From Macrostomum lignano (taxonomy: Eukaryota), in the NCBI GenBank assembly GCA_002269645.1, contig NIVC01001493.1, forward strand, positions 124,001 to 188,000: DNA of 64,000 nt, written 5' to 3'. How positions within the stretch are numbered: the stretch's first letter is position 1; the number at the start of each line of letters is the position of its first letter. Positions 11,621 to 22,963 of the stretch are shown piece by piece. The notes under the pieces were generated by a model, which was given only the letters and a program-made list of their open reading frames with translations, did no database searches and was not told the DNA's origin. A program made the position numbers and the translations under genes.

Positions 11621-12725
11621 ATGAAAAACTTTTGCTATTTTTTCGTTGTGTGTTGTTGCGCCATCTGTATCGCTGAACCGACAGGTAAGTGTGACATCGT
11701 TTCTGTCTCTCAAATATCATTGCGGTTAAAGCATACAAAATTCTCTTTGGAAATGTTGATTTTAGTGATTGCGTACAAAAGTTTTTCAGGTAATGGACAC
11801 ACAGCTTTCAGGTAGCGGACAGTGAGAGTTCAGGTAGCGGATAGTGAGAGTTCAGGTAGCGGACAGTGAGAGTTCAGGTAGCGGACAGTGAGAGTTCAGG
11901 TAGCGGACAGTGAGAGTTCAGGTAGCGGACAGTGGCAGTTCAGGTAGCGGACAGTGAGAGTTCAGGTTGGTCTACAGACACAGTTGGTCTAGGCTTTTAA
12001 ATTTACATATGTTAGACATGCATGCATTGATATCTTGATTGATAGTATTGGCCAGACGTACCAGACCATGGTATGGTCCCTATATTAATTTATTGATTTT
12101 ATTTACTCTGGCTACCCTAGACGACATCAGGCAGCTGCTGTTCAGCATCCGCTCCGGTGTTAATGTTTCTCCACTGCAAGAGTGGCTACACGGCAGGAGC
12201 CAGTACTACGGCTCGAGACTCGATGCGATTCCCGACGTTTACCGATCCTCGATGCTGGATGACTTTAATTCTCGCCTGAAATTATTCAAGTCGCTCAATT
12301 TAATAGTTGTAGCCATGCTGAAATCAGAACAAATTGTTGCATCGGCAACTTTCAACATATCGGATCGGCGGAATCAAGTGGACTTGGTCAACTGGTTCGC
12401 ACCTGACAGACTGGTTGACACCAAGCCTTTCTGGATCGGCAAAGGTCCGTTCATCGATTTCGGCGTCGAAGGATTCCAATGGCCCAGTGACAAGCAGCAT
12501 CGGGGAGACTGGGCTACGATTACTAGGACGTTCTACATTCACAAGGGGCACAGGACGTGCCAGACAGATTCAGGGTTGATGGGCGTCATTGAAGAGGGCA
12601 AGGAGTACTGCGACTGGTCCGACAAAGCGCCTGGGCAACCGCCGATCTTTTACTACGCAAAAAACGATGCAAGCTATGAGAGCTCCCTTGACTTTGCCGA
12701 TCAGCTGATTGTTTACCTGAAATAG
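11621..12725 (+). CDS. Secreted protein with an uncharacterised invertebrate-type domain, 2 exons, 222 aa
   Basis: Exon 1 11621-11684 (signal peptide MKNFCYFFVVCCCAICIAEPT, donor G|GTAAGT). Exon 2 12121-12725 (acceptor ccctag|AC), phase-compatible. Contains LLFSIRSG, NWFAPDRL, RTFYIHKGHRTCQTDSG, CDW and PIFYYA motifs. Confidence 0.8.
11808..11966. repeat. 22-bp minisatellite (~7 copies), intronic
   Basis: Unit CAGGTAGCGGACAGTGAGAGTT. Confidence 0.95.
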
Positions 12726-12919
12726 AAAGCACTAAGGCTCGCTTCTAAACTGAGTATTGATTAAAACCGTGAAAGCAACATTGAACAACTTATGATTTAG
12801 CTCCAGGCAAATTGCCATCAGTCGCGTTTCTTTATTTCAAACATCAAATAAAGGTTTAGACAGAGTAGTAATTATACTCTGGAATGAAACCATGGAATCA
12901 AGTGTAGCATTGACCTCCA

Positions 12920-15330
12920 GGTGATCAAACTGTGTAGCACTGAACACTAGTGATCAAACTGTGTAGCATTGATCTGGTAGTGATCAAACTGTGTAGCATT
13001 GATCTGGTAGTGATCAAACTGTGTAGCACTGAACACTAGTGATCAAACTGTGTATAGCACTGAACACTAGTGATCAAACTGTGTAGCACTGAAAACTAGT
13101 GATCAAACTGTATAGCACTGAACCCTAGTGATCAAACTGTGTAACATTGATCTCGTAGTGATCAAACTGTGTAACATTGATCTCGTAGTGATCAAACTGT
13201 GTAGCATTGATCTGGTAGTGATCAAACTGTGTAACATTGATCTCGTAAGTGATCAAACTGTGTAACTGATGGGTTTCGACCTTCGGGCCCCTTGTTAGGG
13301 AAGCCTTCGGGCCTCAGGTCTCAGAAACAAATCACTTAGAGACCTGGCCCCCCACTCCTGTCAGATGGTCAGCCCCATGGTAGCTTGATCGTGTGGCGAG
13401 CAGTCTAGGTCCTATAGCTAAGAGAGGGACAGCGAGAGACAAGCAGGGAGAATTTTGAAGGTAGAAATTAGCTAATCCGCAGACTAAGCTAACTCGCTGC
13501 CACCAGCCCGTGCGTCCTGGCTCACCACACCGGGACTCTCGAAATCGGGCTTCCGACTAGAAGGGGCTTTGCGCTTACCTGCCAACTAGTGTCTTTTTGC
13601 TGTCAATCTCGAAGTCATAGCCGATGATAAGGGACACTGCTGGGACTAGATCGCATTGGCCATGCAGGTACAGAGGGGACTTGTGCAGGGGATTCTTGCA
13701 GTGGCGAGTCTATGGGGTAGCTACATGTACTATTACATTGCTAAATACGAAGATATGTACTTTTGGCCTTCAACGCGCCAACTAGCCTCTCATAGCGCTG
13801 ATGATAGACTAACTCGAACTTCAGAGACCTCGCATGATTCATTACCCGAGCCGCTTGGCTAACCTAGAGTGCACAAAGTACATCTCTGGCGCCGATTCTG
13901 CACTTCTGGCAGTTTTGCTCACTGATTTGATTGATTGATCGACTGGGGACTGCCTGGCCATTGGTCCACTGTGACCGGCGCCTACTAGCTTAGCCACTCA
14001 TCTGAGCCATCAGCGAACAAAGAAATAAAACCGATAAAAATAACTGTTAGATTTAACCTTCTCCTTAGATCACTTCACACCTCAGATTGAATTGGAGTTT
14101 CAGACTACTAGTAGTACGAGCGTATTATTAAGTGATTTCTGCCTCAGTAACAGCACTACTGAACAAAATGAGCAAAAGTGTGCGCCTAATTCAGCTACCG
14201 AAACAGGGGACAGATAGGGGATCACCCAATCAAGCAAGTCTAGGTAGCCTCTCACCCAACCAATCAGAAACTCAACAGCCGGAGACCAGGTAATCCACAG
14301 TGACCGAATCAGTTTGATGCTCTGCAGCTGTAGACTCGGGATGATGCTGACACAATCTTCGCTGATAGCTAGCAGGTGATGATCTTCGCTTGGTGTTCGC
14401 TGCTGACGACCGGGGGACTCGTCCTTGATGATGATGGGGGGAAGTCGCAATCCGGGGATCAAGAAACGACGGTCGCGCTCCGGGAACCAGAAGTTGCGTG
14501 CTGGGCCCGAGCAAGAGTTGCGTCCGAGCGGGCCAAAAACTCCGGTTTAAATAGCCGCCAACTGGACCGCAGTTTGTTATAATGAAACACGTCGATTCTG
14601 ATTGGCTGAGCCGTTTTGTTAAAATGAGCGCCGAATTTTCTGATTGGCTAAGCTTGTTGCTACCCAGAATCACGTGACCGAGAGATCCTATCAGTTCCCA
14701 CAGGGTCGTAAAAAGATGACAGGTGCGGCCATAAATCACTCAAAATCGCAACAAAATGATTTATGACTTTTCGCGTAGGATTGACAGAAATTAATGAAAA
14801 AATATACATTAGAAAGCTCTTATTAAATAGAAAGTGAAGATAATGAAGAGAAATCGCTAATCGCTAATCCCAAGGTACTTTTAGGGGTAAAACGCATAGC
14901 TGTCAAAGCTGTCACACGCTTGAGTGAATCCGAACAATAGGCTCTGACGTCATAAATCTTGATGGCCTGTCAAAATGATGAGAAAAAAGCTACCGCCCGC
15001 ATCCTCTCAGACCATCTGGCGCCCGTCTCAACACTGAGTGAGGCGCAGGTGGCTGTCAGACCAACTTCGGAAGCGATGATTTACGACCCAAAAAGCTGCG
15101 CCTATGTTATTATGACTACTAGTATGGCCAGACATTATATCTAGTATAGATTCTATGACAATTTGCAGAAAAAGGATAAAAATGCCCATCGCCCACTGTT
15201 AGAAGGCTAGTAAGTTTCGAGCCCATGTGCTAGCGCGGGATTTGGGAAAAAGTGCGTCCTCATCATAACATTAATCTCGTAGTGATCAAACTGTGTAGCA
15301 TTGATCTGGTAGTGATCAAACTGTGTAGGG
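12920..15330. repeat. 30-bp minisatellite interrupted by a 2-kb LTR insertion
   Basis: Unit GTGATCAAACTGTGTAGCATTGATCTGGTA and variants at 12920-13266, resuming in register at 15266-15330. Confidence 0.92.
13267..15265 (-). mobile_element. Solo LTR (1999 bp), probably Gypsy-type
   Basis: Termini TGATG...CATCA; 4-bp TSD TAAC at 13263-13266 and 15266-15269; no long ORF. Minus-strand promoter motifs: CCAAT (14601-14605, 14643-14647), TATTTAAA (14546-14553), CACGTG (14671-14676). Orientation inferred from these motifs. Confidence 0.82.
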
Positions 15331-18300
15331 TGATCTCGCGGTGATTGAGCTCCGTAGCATTGAACCAGTGAACTTGTAGTTTCGACGTAATTGGTACCTA
15401 TGAAAGGTCTAAGTGTCAACAAAACTCTGAGTGGAATTGATTTTTATAATGCCGCGGCATTTCGCTATTGCACATGTATTTGTAATTGTGTGAGGTTTAC
15501 TCAGATAGTGTTGGGAAGCCGGCGAAAAAAGCATTTATAAGTTTACAAAAATATCTAATGTTGCTGTAATAGATTGAGTCTTTTTTCATTACGTGAACAT
15601 GCAGTCAGATGCTTTTCTCGGATCAATCTGGTGCATACTGACCCACAAGCTACATACAGTACATGCGCACTCTATATAGCTCACTGTAGACTCGTATAGG
15701 TTAGACAGCGTCACGACAATCTGGCAGTTTTGATTAAATTATAACTCCAAAAATATACTGCTGTACACACGAGCTACGTTGGCCAGCGTTTACAATATCT
15801 ATCGACGTCGCTTACAAAGATGTACTTTTATATTATTACATCGATGGATAACGATGATGTCATATACATGGATAAACTGAACGTCGGTGCAATGTGGTCT
15901 GACTTGCCGACGTCTAATTGATGTACCGGGTCTCTAGAAACTTATTCCCCTTAATCTGCATTTTGCTAACATGATGACTAAAGGTATGATGACTGAAGTA
16001 AGATTGCAGGGTCAGATGGGGGTCGCGTTATCTGCGGGTGAGGATAGCGTGGGTCCTGGTAAGAGCGCAATTTAACCGTCTGACGAGAAGGGGGCGCGCC
16101 GCTGCTAGCTGAGATATGTATTTATCATATGATATTTATATTTTTGAAGGGAACAAACCCAGGATGGCTATACGAAAACAAGCTCCGCTCTGATTGGGTG
16201 AGCTCCAGACCCCAAATACCTCCCTCCATCGGGCAACATCACGGATCCCATGGAACTTGAGAGGCAACGATAAAGCTACGTACATGTAGTATAAAGGCAT
16301 CCGGCCTGCTGGCACTGAAAAAAACACAAGTGACAGTTTCGGGCCCACAAATCATAGCTGAAAGTAAAGCAAGGAAAGTTAAGCTGAGTGAGCAGAGGTA
16401 AACTGCAATTAACGATTGCGAGTAGGGCGAAGAAAATTTAGGCACATGTACTGCATGTCAGTGTGACAGTGTTGACTTAGTTGTAAAATGTCATTAATTG
16501 TTTTTACTGTGAGTAGACTTACGTAAATGTATTATATTTTGTATAACTTCTGTGTACATTCTTGCATCGACTAATTTTATATATCGGCAAGTGATAAATT
16601 TCTAACAAATCGATAATTTTGCCCAGCGCCCATCGTAACTTCCAGCCAATCATAATTCACTGTACCATCTATCGTTTGATCTATTATAACTCGTTTTTCG
16701 TCCGCTACTCAAAAAACTTGGCCAACTCAGCAAGCTAAATATATCGCTTCTTGGACTACTACTTTGCATATTCTGTTCTGTTCAGTCTTGTCCTGTCAAG
16801 GACTGCTACGCTGCGCTAGATTAATTCGTCACATAACAACATGGTAAAGTTTTTTATTGTACATTAATATTCTTACTGGCAAACAGTGTCGTGTGAGGGG
16901 CGGCATGCTTTGCATACTGTAATACCCTTCGGCCGGTTAGGTTTGATTTGCGGCTGCACTGGGTGCTCGATCAAGCTAGCTGCCGCATACGTCCGACCGC
17001 ATGGACGTCTTGGCCCAAGAATCATAAAAGGCATATTTTTGATCGTATTATATAATTAGAATTGGCAGCAGGTTGACTTTTAGAAGGCTAAACAACACGG
17101 CAAAAACAATTCGTATAATATATTATACATGAATACATGTAGATCCATACAAACAAAAACCGGCTATCTATAAATTAAAAAGGGAAGAACAAGCCTCAGA
17201 ATCATAAAAAGATCGAAAAACCTAAACTATCCTACGAGTACCAATAGTATGAGAAAAGTATGAGAAAAGGAGATAGAAACTCTAAGATAAAAAAGCGGAA
17301 TCATCAACTGAATTTACCAACGAAGTAATAATTCACTGTAAGATATAATTGTACGTAAAACAAGAAATTGGTCACCAAAGCAGTTAACGTTAGACTTTAG
17401 AAAGCAAAACAATAGCTTTTACGAAATAAAAAAACTGATTTATACTTTGAAACTGATTTACGAATAGGTACTGTCAACATTTAGCTAGCAATCTTTAGTA
17501 CAGCTTTGTTTAATGTAGCATGATAATTCCCGCGAAATTGAAAACGAAGAAATATTTTTGAAGGCTGTGATGTACTGATGATAATTATGTATAGTTTTCG
17601 AATATCGATCTGTCATCTGAATATCGATCGGGAAACAAATGCGTATAATAATACGGTCCAGCATGGAATGTAAATATTTTTTGGCTCCCCGCCTAGAAAA
17701 GTGAGGGTTCCGTCACTGTCGGCGCCGACCCCAGTTCAAAAATCCTGAACTGACCACTGTAAATGCAAGATAGGCGATAGGCCTACCGACTGCGCCTGTC
17801 ATCTGTGACTGAGACTGTGAGTGTAACCCTGTGACTGACGTCTGTCTGACTGCTGTAGCCGTAGCGGACCTAATCGGGCTAATGTCAATGAGTAATGTTA
17901 ATAATTACTTCGTATTTTTCTATAGGCCTAGGCCTATCTATGAAGATTAGAGCCCATGCCTTGTACCAGACAGAGCCCTGTGCATCAGGGTGATGAGGAA
18001 GAGGAACCTGTAGTCTAAGTCAGTCTTGTAGGCCTACTTCAGTACTTGTAGTGCTTCCATACTAGCTTATATCTAGGCCTATTTTACGAGTATACGAGTA
18101 TTTTACGATTTTGCAATGTAGGGTAGGCCTTAGGGCATTGTAGGCCCTATAACAATCTGATTATTAGGATAGGCTAGATGATTGTCAAATGTCAAGTTCT
18201 GTTCATTAAATTATATTGACTGTGTTTAAAATTTTGATATTGACTTATATATAATGTAGGGGCCTAGGCAGTAGGCCTAGGCCTAGTAACAAGGTCCAAA

Positions 18301-18427
18301 GAATAAAATAGGCAAATATATCACAGTCATAGCAAATCATCTATTGGTGGCCTGCCTAGCAGCTGTGGCAGCTAATGCTGCATTAGTATAGACCTAGTAG
18401 CTAGTAGGCCTATAATTCTTGCTATTT

Positions 18428-19225
18428 GGCACCAAGAAACCCAGTAAAATGCGGAATTCACAATGGAATTGGAATAGAATAGCATAGACCATAGTAAAAT
18501 GTAGAATCCACAATAAAATGGTAAATTATGGAATCAATTGCAAAAATCCACTAACTTGAACAAAGTAAAATGCAAAATATAGGCCTAGGTCCTAGGAATA
18601 AAAAAATTGAATTATAAATATATATAGCTTTGCCTATATCAATGTAAATATGAGAAAGATATATAAAGAAATTTTAATATGATTCTATATCAAAGCAAAT
18701 TGAAATAATAATAGTGCATCTATTAGGTGTACTCAAAGTAATAAATTTAAGTACTTTGTTCTTGTAAATAATAGGCTATAGCTGATAGATATATAAAATA
18801 TTACCTTAATTTTCTCTCTAATACTTTGGTCAAATTTTAAAGGCTTTTTTATTAAAATATATTTATAGTTCATAGCATGCTTGGGTGCAACCTAGGGATT
18901 CACCTGGCCGTTTCTATTGGCAACACACACATGTAAGTCACTATTGGACAGAATAGTAGTCACGTGACTGCTCTCAGCCAATAGCAACTTACATGTGTGT
19001 GTTGCCAATAGAAATGGCTGGGTGAATCCCTAGGTTGCGCATGTATGGTTCATAGGCCTAATGTGCTTTAGCTACCTAGGCCCTAGTCCTACCCTATATT
19101 TGCATTTTAATTAAAGTTAGTAACATCTGCAATTCATTCTATATTACTATTCCACTGCATTTTCTGCATTTTATTAAGCTATTCCATTCTGATTTTGCTG
19201 CAGATTTTACATTTTACTAGGTGCC
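18428..19225. mobile_element. Possible decayed TIR element hosting the 172-bp MITE
   Basis: Left GGCACCAAGAAACCCAGTAAAATGCGGAAT; reverse complement of the right end GGCACCTAGTAAAATGTAAAAT. Both arms are built of AAAATG(C/T)(G/A)GAAT subrepeats. No convincing TSD. Confidence 0.4.
18876..19047. mobile_element. Palindromic MITE (172 bp) with 8-bp TSD
   Basis: TSD GTTCATAG at 18868-18875 and 19048-19055; hairpin arms 18887-19038 centred on GTCACGTGAC; right TIR GTTGCGCATGTATG is shared with the 19251-19548 element. Confidence 0.88.
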
Positions 19226-19250
19226 ATAAATCAGTTAGTATAGTTCTAAT

Positions 19251-19548
19251 CATATATGCGCAACAGTCGGCCAAGTCGGCCGATCCGGCCGACTGATTTG
19301 GCAGCCAACCAAGGAAGTCGCAAAATTGCCAACCCTAATAAATACCCAAGTAGTAGTACTAAGTAGCTGACGAGGCATTTCAGCCTTATAAGACAGTCAT
19401 AGTTACTCCCATCGTTTACCTAAAGTTGCGTTAATTTTGCTTTAGGGTTTTTTTACATGTAAGTGGCATTTTTGGCCAAAAACTATGTCGCATTTTTGTT
19501 AAAACTAAGTCGCACGGCCGACCGAATTTTGGAAGTTGCGCATGTATG
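19251..19548. mobile_element. MITE (298 bp), CAT-terminal TIRs, 8-bp TSD (P-element- or hAT-like)
   Basis: TIRs CATATATGCGCAAC / GTTGCGCATGTATG (13/14 match); TSD GTTCTAAT at 19243-19250 and 19549-19556. Confidence 0.9.
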
Positions 19549-20100
19549 GTTCTAATCTAGGTGTCTCTTACCTAAAAAGAGTCCTTCCAAATAAATATTT
19601 AAACAAATAATAGAACTTGACAATTGTTGATTTTTATAGCCTATCCCCTTATAAATATTTTTGTATTATGCAATATAACAAATTTATATAATGCATCTAC
19701 AAATTTGTACTAGCCTAGCTATTTGACTTTTAGGGCCACTATGACAAGTTCTTATAGTTGTAATATTATATCATAGTATATATATACCATTTTGAAATCT
19801 AAGCCTTAGCTAGAACTAAAGCTAAATCAATGTATATGGAAGGATATAGAAGGGATAGGCTATTATGATCTAGGTTTATTTTTTGTCAAAATTGTTATGC
19901 CATTTGGAATAATAGCATCAAAATTGTTATGCCATTTTTTATTTTGACATGTCATGGCATGTCTATGACACAAAAAACCCAGATTATGATTCTATTACCA
20001 AATTAAAATTGAATATATAAGCCTAGGCGTAGTCTATTACAAAAGTACTAAAGTGTTAGTTAATAGGCCTAATTACTAAAATAGGCAAAATCTAATTTGA

Positions 20101-20270
20101 TTGCCTTTTTGGTTTTTTTTTCTTTTCCTTTTTCTCTTATATTTTCTTTTTCCCTTCTTTTTTGCCCCCTTTTCTCTCCTTTTCCCCTTCCTTTCTCTTT
20201 CTTTTTCCCTTTTTCCTTTTCCTTATTCTCATTTTCTCATTTTTTCTTTCTTTATATATCTCTTCTTATA
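20101..20270. repeat. Polypyrimidine low-complexity tract
   Basis: T/C-rich ~170 bp. Confidence 0.85.
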
Positions 20271-20699
20271 TTGTTGAAGTAGGCCTAGCTTAAGTTAAAA
20301 TCTCCATTTCCTATTGAGATCTTTTATGAGGGTGATAGCTTATTTAACAGGTTGTTTCCAAAAAGCCTCCTTTGTAATATAGCCTTCTTTGACAGTAGCA
20401 AAAGCTGAATGGCTTCCTCATTGGCTTCATTTATTTTAATTAAAGCATAATCAACAATAAATAATGTCAATAGTAAAAATGTTATTGAGTCCTTGACCCT
20501 AAGGACTTATAAGCTCTCTTTGCAATGAAAATAAAAACATTTATTTTAACTTTAGTCTTCTTTTCCATTCCAATCCCAGTATATATATAGTGCCAAAAAT
20601 TTGTCTTTGTTACTTAAGTCCCTGATTTAAAAAATTTAAAAGCTGTCTTTGCATGAAAGTAAAAACATTTATCTTAACATTAGCCTTTATACTATCTAA

Positions 20700-21120
20700 T
20701 AATAATGTGCATATGGCAATCTTGCTATAGACATGATACAGTATTCTAGCATTGGCACTTAGCTAACAAGTGCTATTTAAAGCTATAGCATATGCAGGGT
20801 TGCTATGGTAATATAGCTCTATTGACTAGCTCTAGCTGTTGGCCTCTACTTCTGCAATTTCTACTACTTGAGCAATTTCTTTTGCCTTTTCCAATGTCAA
20901 GGTATTGATAGCCAATAACCACTTTTGCACTTATAGCTCATAGAGTCTGCTGACAAAGCAGTCAAATAGTGGATCTTCTAGAAAAGTCCCAAAGTAATAG
21001 GTCTTTGACTAGACTTTGGAAGGTAGCCAGAAACTGCATATCCAGCTTTATCTTTCTGAATTTATTTGTAAAAGCAAAAATTCTTAGCAATAAAGCTAGC
21101 TTCTTTGGCTAGAAATGGTC
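20700..21120 (-). pseudogene. Hypermutated Ty3/Gypsy gag remnant with zinc knuckle
   Basis: Minus-strand frames read HF*PKK..FIAKNFCFYK*IQ, QFLATFQSL.SKTYYFGTFLEDPLFDCFVSRLYEL*VQKWLLAINTLTLEKAKEIAQVVEIAE and CICYSFK*HLLAKC. These match the Gypsy gag pattern IAERFxFYKRxQ...CxFGxFLExxLRDRFVxGL...QKRLLAxxxLTLEKAxEIA and CX2CX4HX4C. Confidence 0.75.
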
Positions 21121-22963
21121 TTTGAGTAGCTTTACCAACCCTGTAAGACTAGTCAAAAGGCTTCTTTGGCAAGCACAGATTTGGCAAGTCAGGAAACTAC
21201 CTTAATTTTGGTTTTCATTCTTGATTCTGTTTGTGCTTATATAGAAGGCTATATGCTCTATCAATCTTTCCCCTTTTGAAAGGGTTCAACTATATTGATA
21301 ATGGAGATCCTTGACACTACTATAGAGATTTAGCTCTGAATTAAAAAGACAATTTATATGTGCATTAGACTATATATAATAAAGTTTGTAATTGCTTATA
21401 GAGGCACTAGGCCCTAAGGCTATTTTATTTATTCCACTGCTCCCTTGCTAATGGAACATAATCTGATAGGCATTTAATTGTTTAGGGAGGATGCAAAGTG
21501 CAAATTGACAGACTTATATATTAGACTTATATATATATATTGGCTGAATAGTGATTACCATATAGCCAAATAGACTAATGTCTAATGGGACTATGGAGTG
21601 CAAGTCATAGATAGACAGACTATGCATATAAAATTCAAAAAGACTCAAATCTCAATTAAAAATTCAAATTCAAAAGAAAATATAAAAAATAGGAACAAGT
21701 CAGTGTTAGTTGGTCAAATTGAGCCATTATCAATTGCCTATCCACTAAGGCAATAAAGGACATATATAAATATATAGCTAAACCACTTTACTTGTTGCAG
21801 AGATACAACCAAAAATTCTATCTAATAAATTTATGATGATTTGTTGATAGGCTGCCATTGACTGATGCTATTCAACTTTGCTCTTAAAATGATAAAACTT
21901 AACTATTATACTATTTATTTACAAAAAAATCTCTGTTAAAATAGAATGTAACTTTCTTTTGAAAACCAAATCTATGCAAATGCAATCACTTAGAGACAAT
22001 TTTGGCCTTAGATAGTCTGAATTTAATTTTGTATAAGAATTAGACCCTAAGATTTTAAAATTAAATTTTAAATTGAAGAACTTTAAGAAGAAACTTTAAG
22101 AACTTTAAATTTTTAAATTGAAGTTCTGCTTGTTTCTTTTGAACTAGACTTTGTTCAAAATAGGAGGTAAATTATCAAAAGAGTCTATTTATAAATATCT
22201 ATAGTACTACAGATATAAAGAATCTTTATCAACTTAATATATAGAAAACAATTGCCTGCATTTACTTGCCAAATTGCATTCTATTATTGCATTATATCTT
22301 TGCTATTCTAGCATGTTGTATGATCATTTACCCTACTATCTTTACCCTACTATTAATATGCCTAAATACCATCACCTTTGCTATATGCTAACACCTCTAC
22401 AAAGTTAGACATTGCCATTTTTTCAGTGGATTAGTGGTTAGTGCTGTTATTCTAATTTCCAAAATTTTGTTATTGACTACTTTAGTAGACTATTATTTTA
22501 AGTCCAAATTAGTAAAAGCTTTGCTAATTCATTGTCCTTTTATTTTGCCATTTTTTATTTATTCTCTAAAAATTGTTTTTTATTTGTTATTTCTACTATT
22601 TCAAAATAAATAAAGAGAACAAGACTAAATAGTGCAGCAGCATAATCTGAAAAAATATGTCTTTTTTTAAATTCCAATATAAATATGTGCTTTAGATCTT
22701 AGATGCAAGAAAAGTCATATGCCATCAAAATATTACAACATTCTATGTTTGTATGTTAATTGTTAAAGCTATAACAAAAGAAGCTATACAAATGTAAACA
22801 TACTCATTTAAATATATTTAATTGGATTCATGTTAATTTGAAAAGTCAACTTCAAGTGAGACACAAGGCCAATATTGTGCCTTTAGTGGCATTGTAAGAA
22901 ATTGACTTGGTTGGCCAACTATTCAAGCCTTGCAGTTGAGAGAATTAATAATTAGTGAAACAT

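Noticed and set aside
15970-16000. C/D box snoRNA (ATGATGA...CTGA)
   Set aside because: The boxes are only ~20 nt apart with no terminal stem or guide region, and the site is not intronic.
16070-16130. Hammerhead ribozyme at CTGACGAG (also CTGATGA at 29487 and 7924)
   Set aside because: No stem II followed by GAAA and no closing helices.
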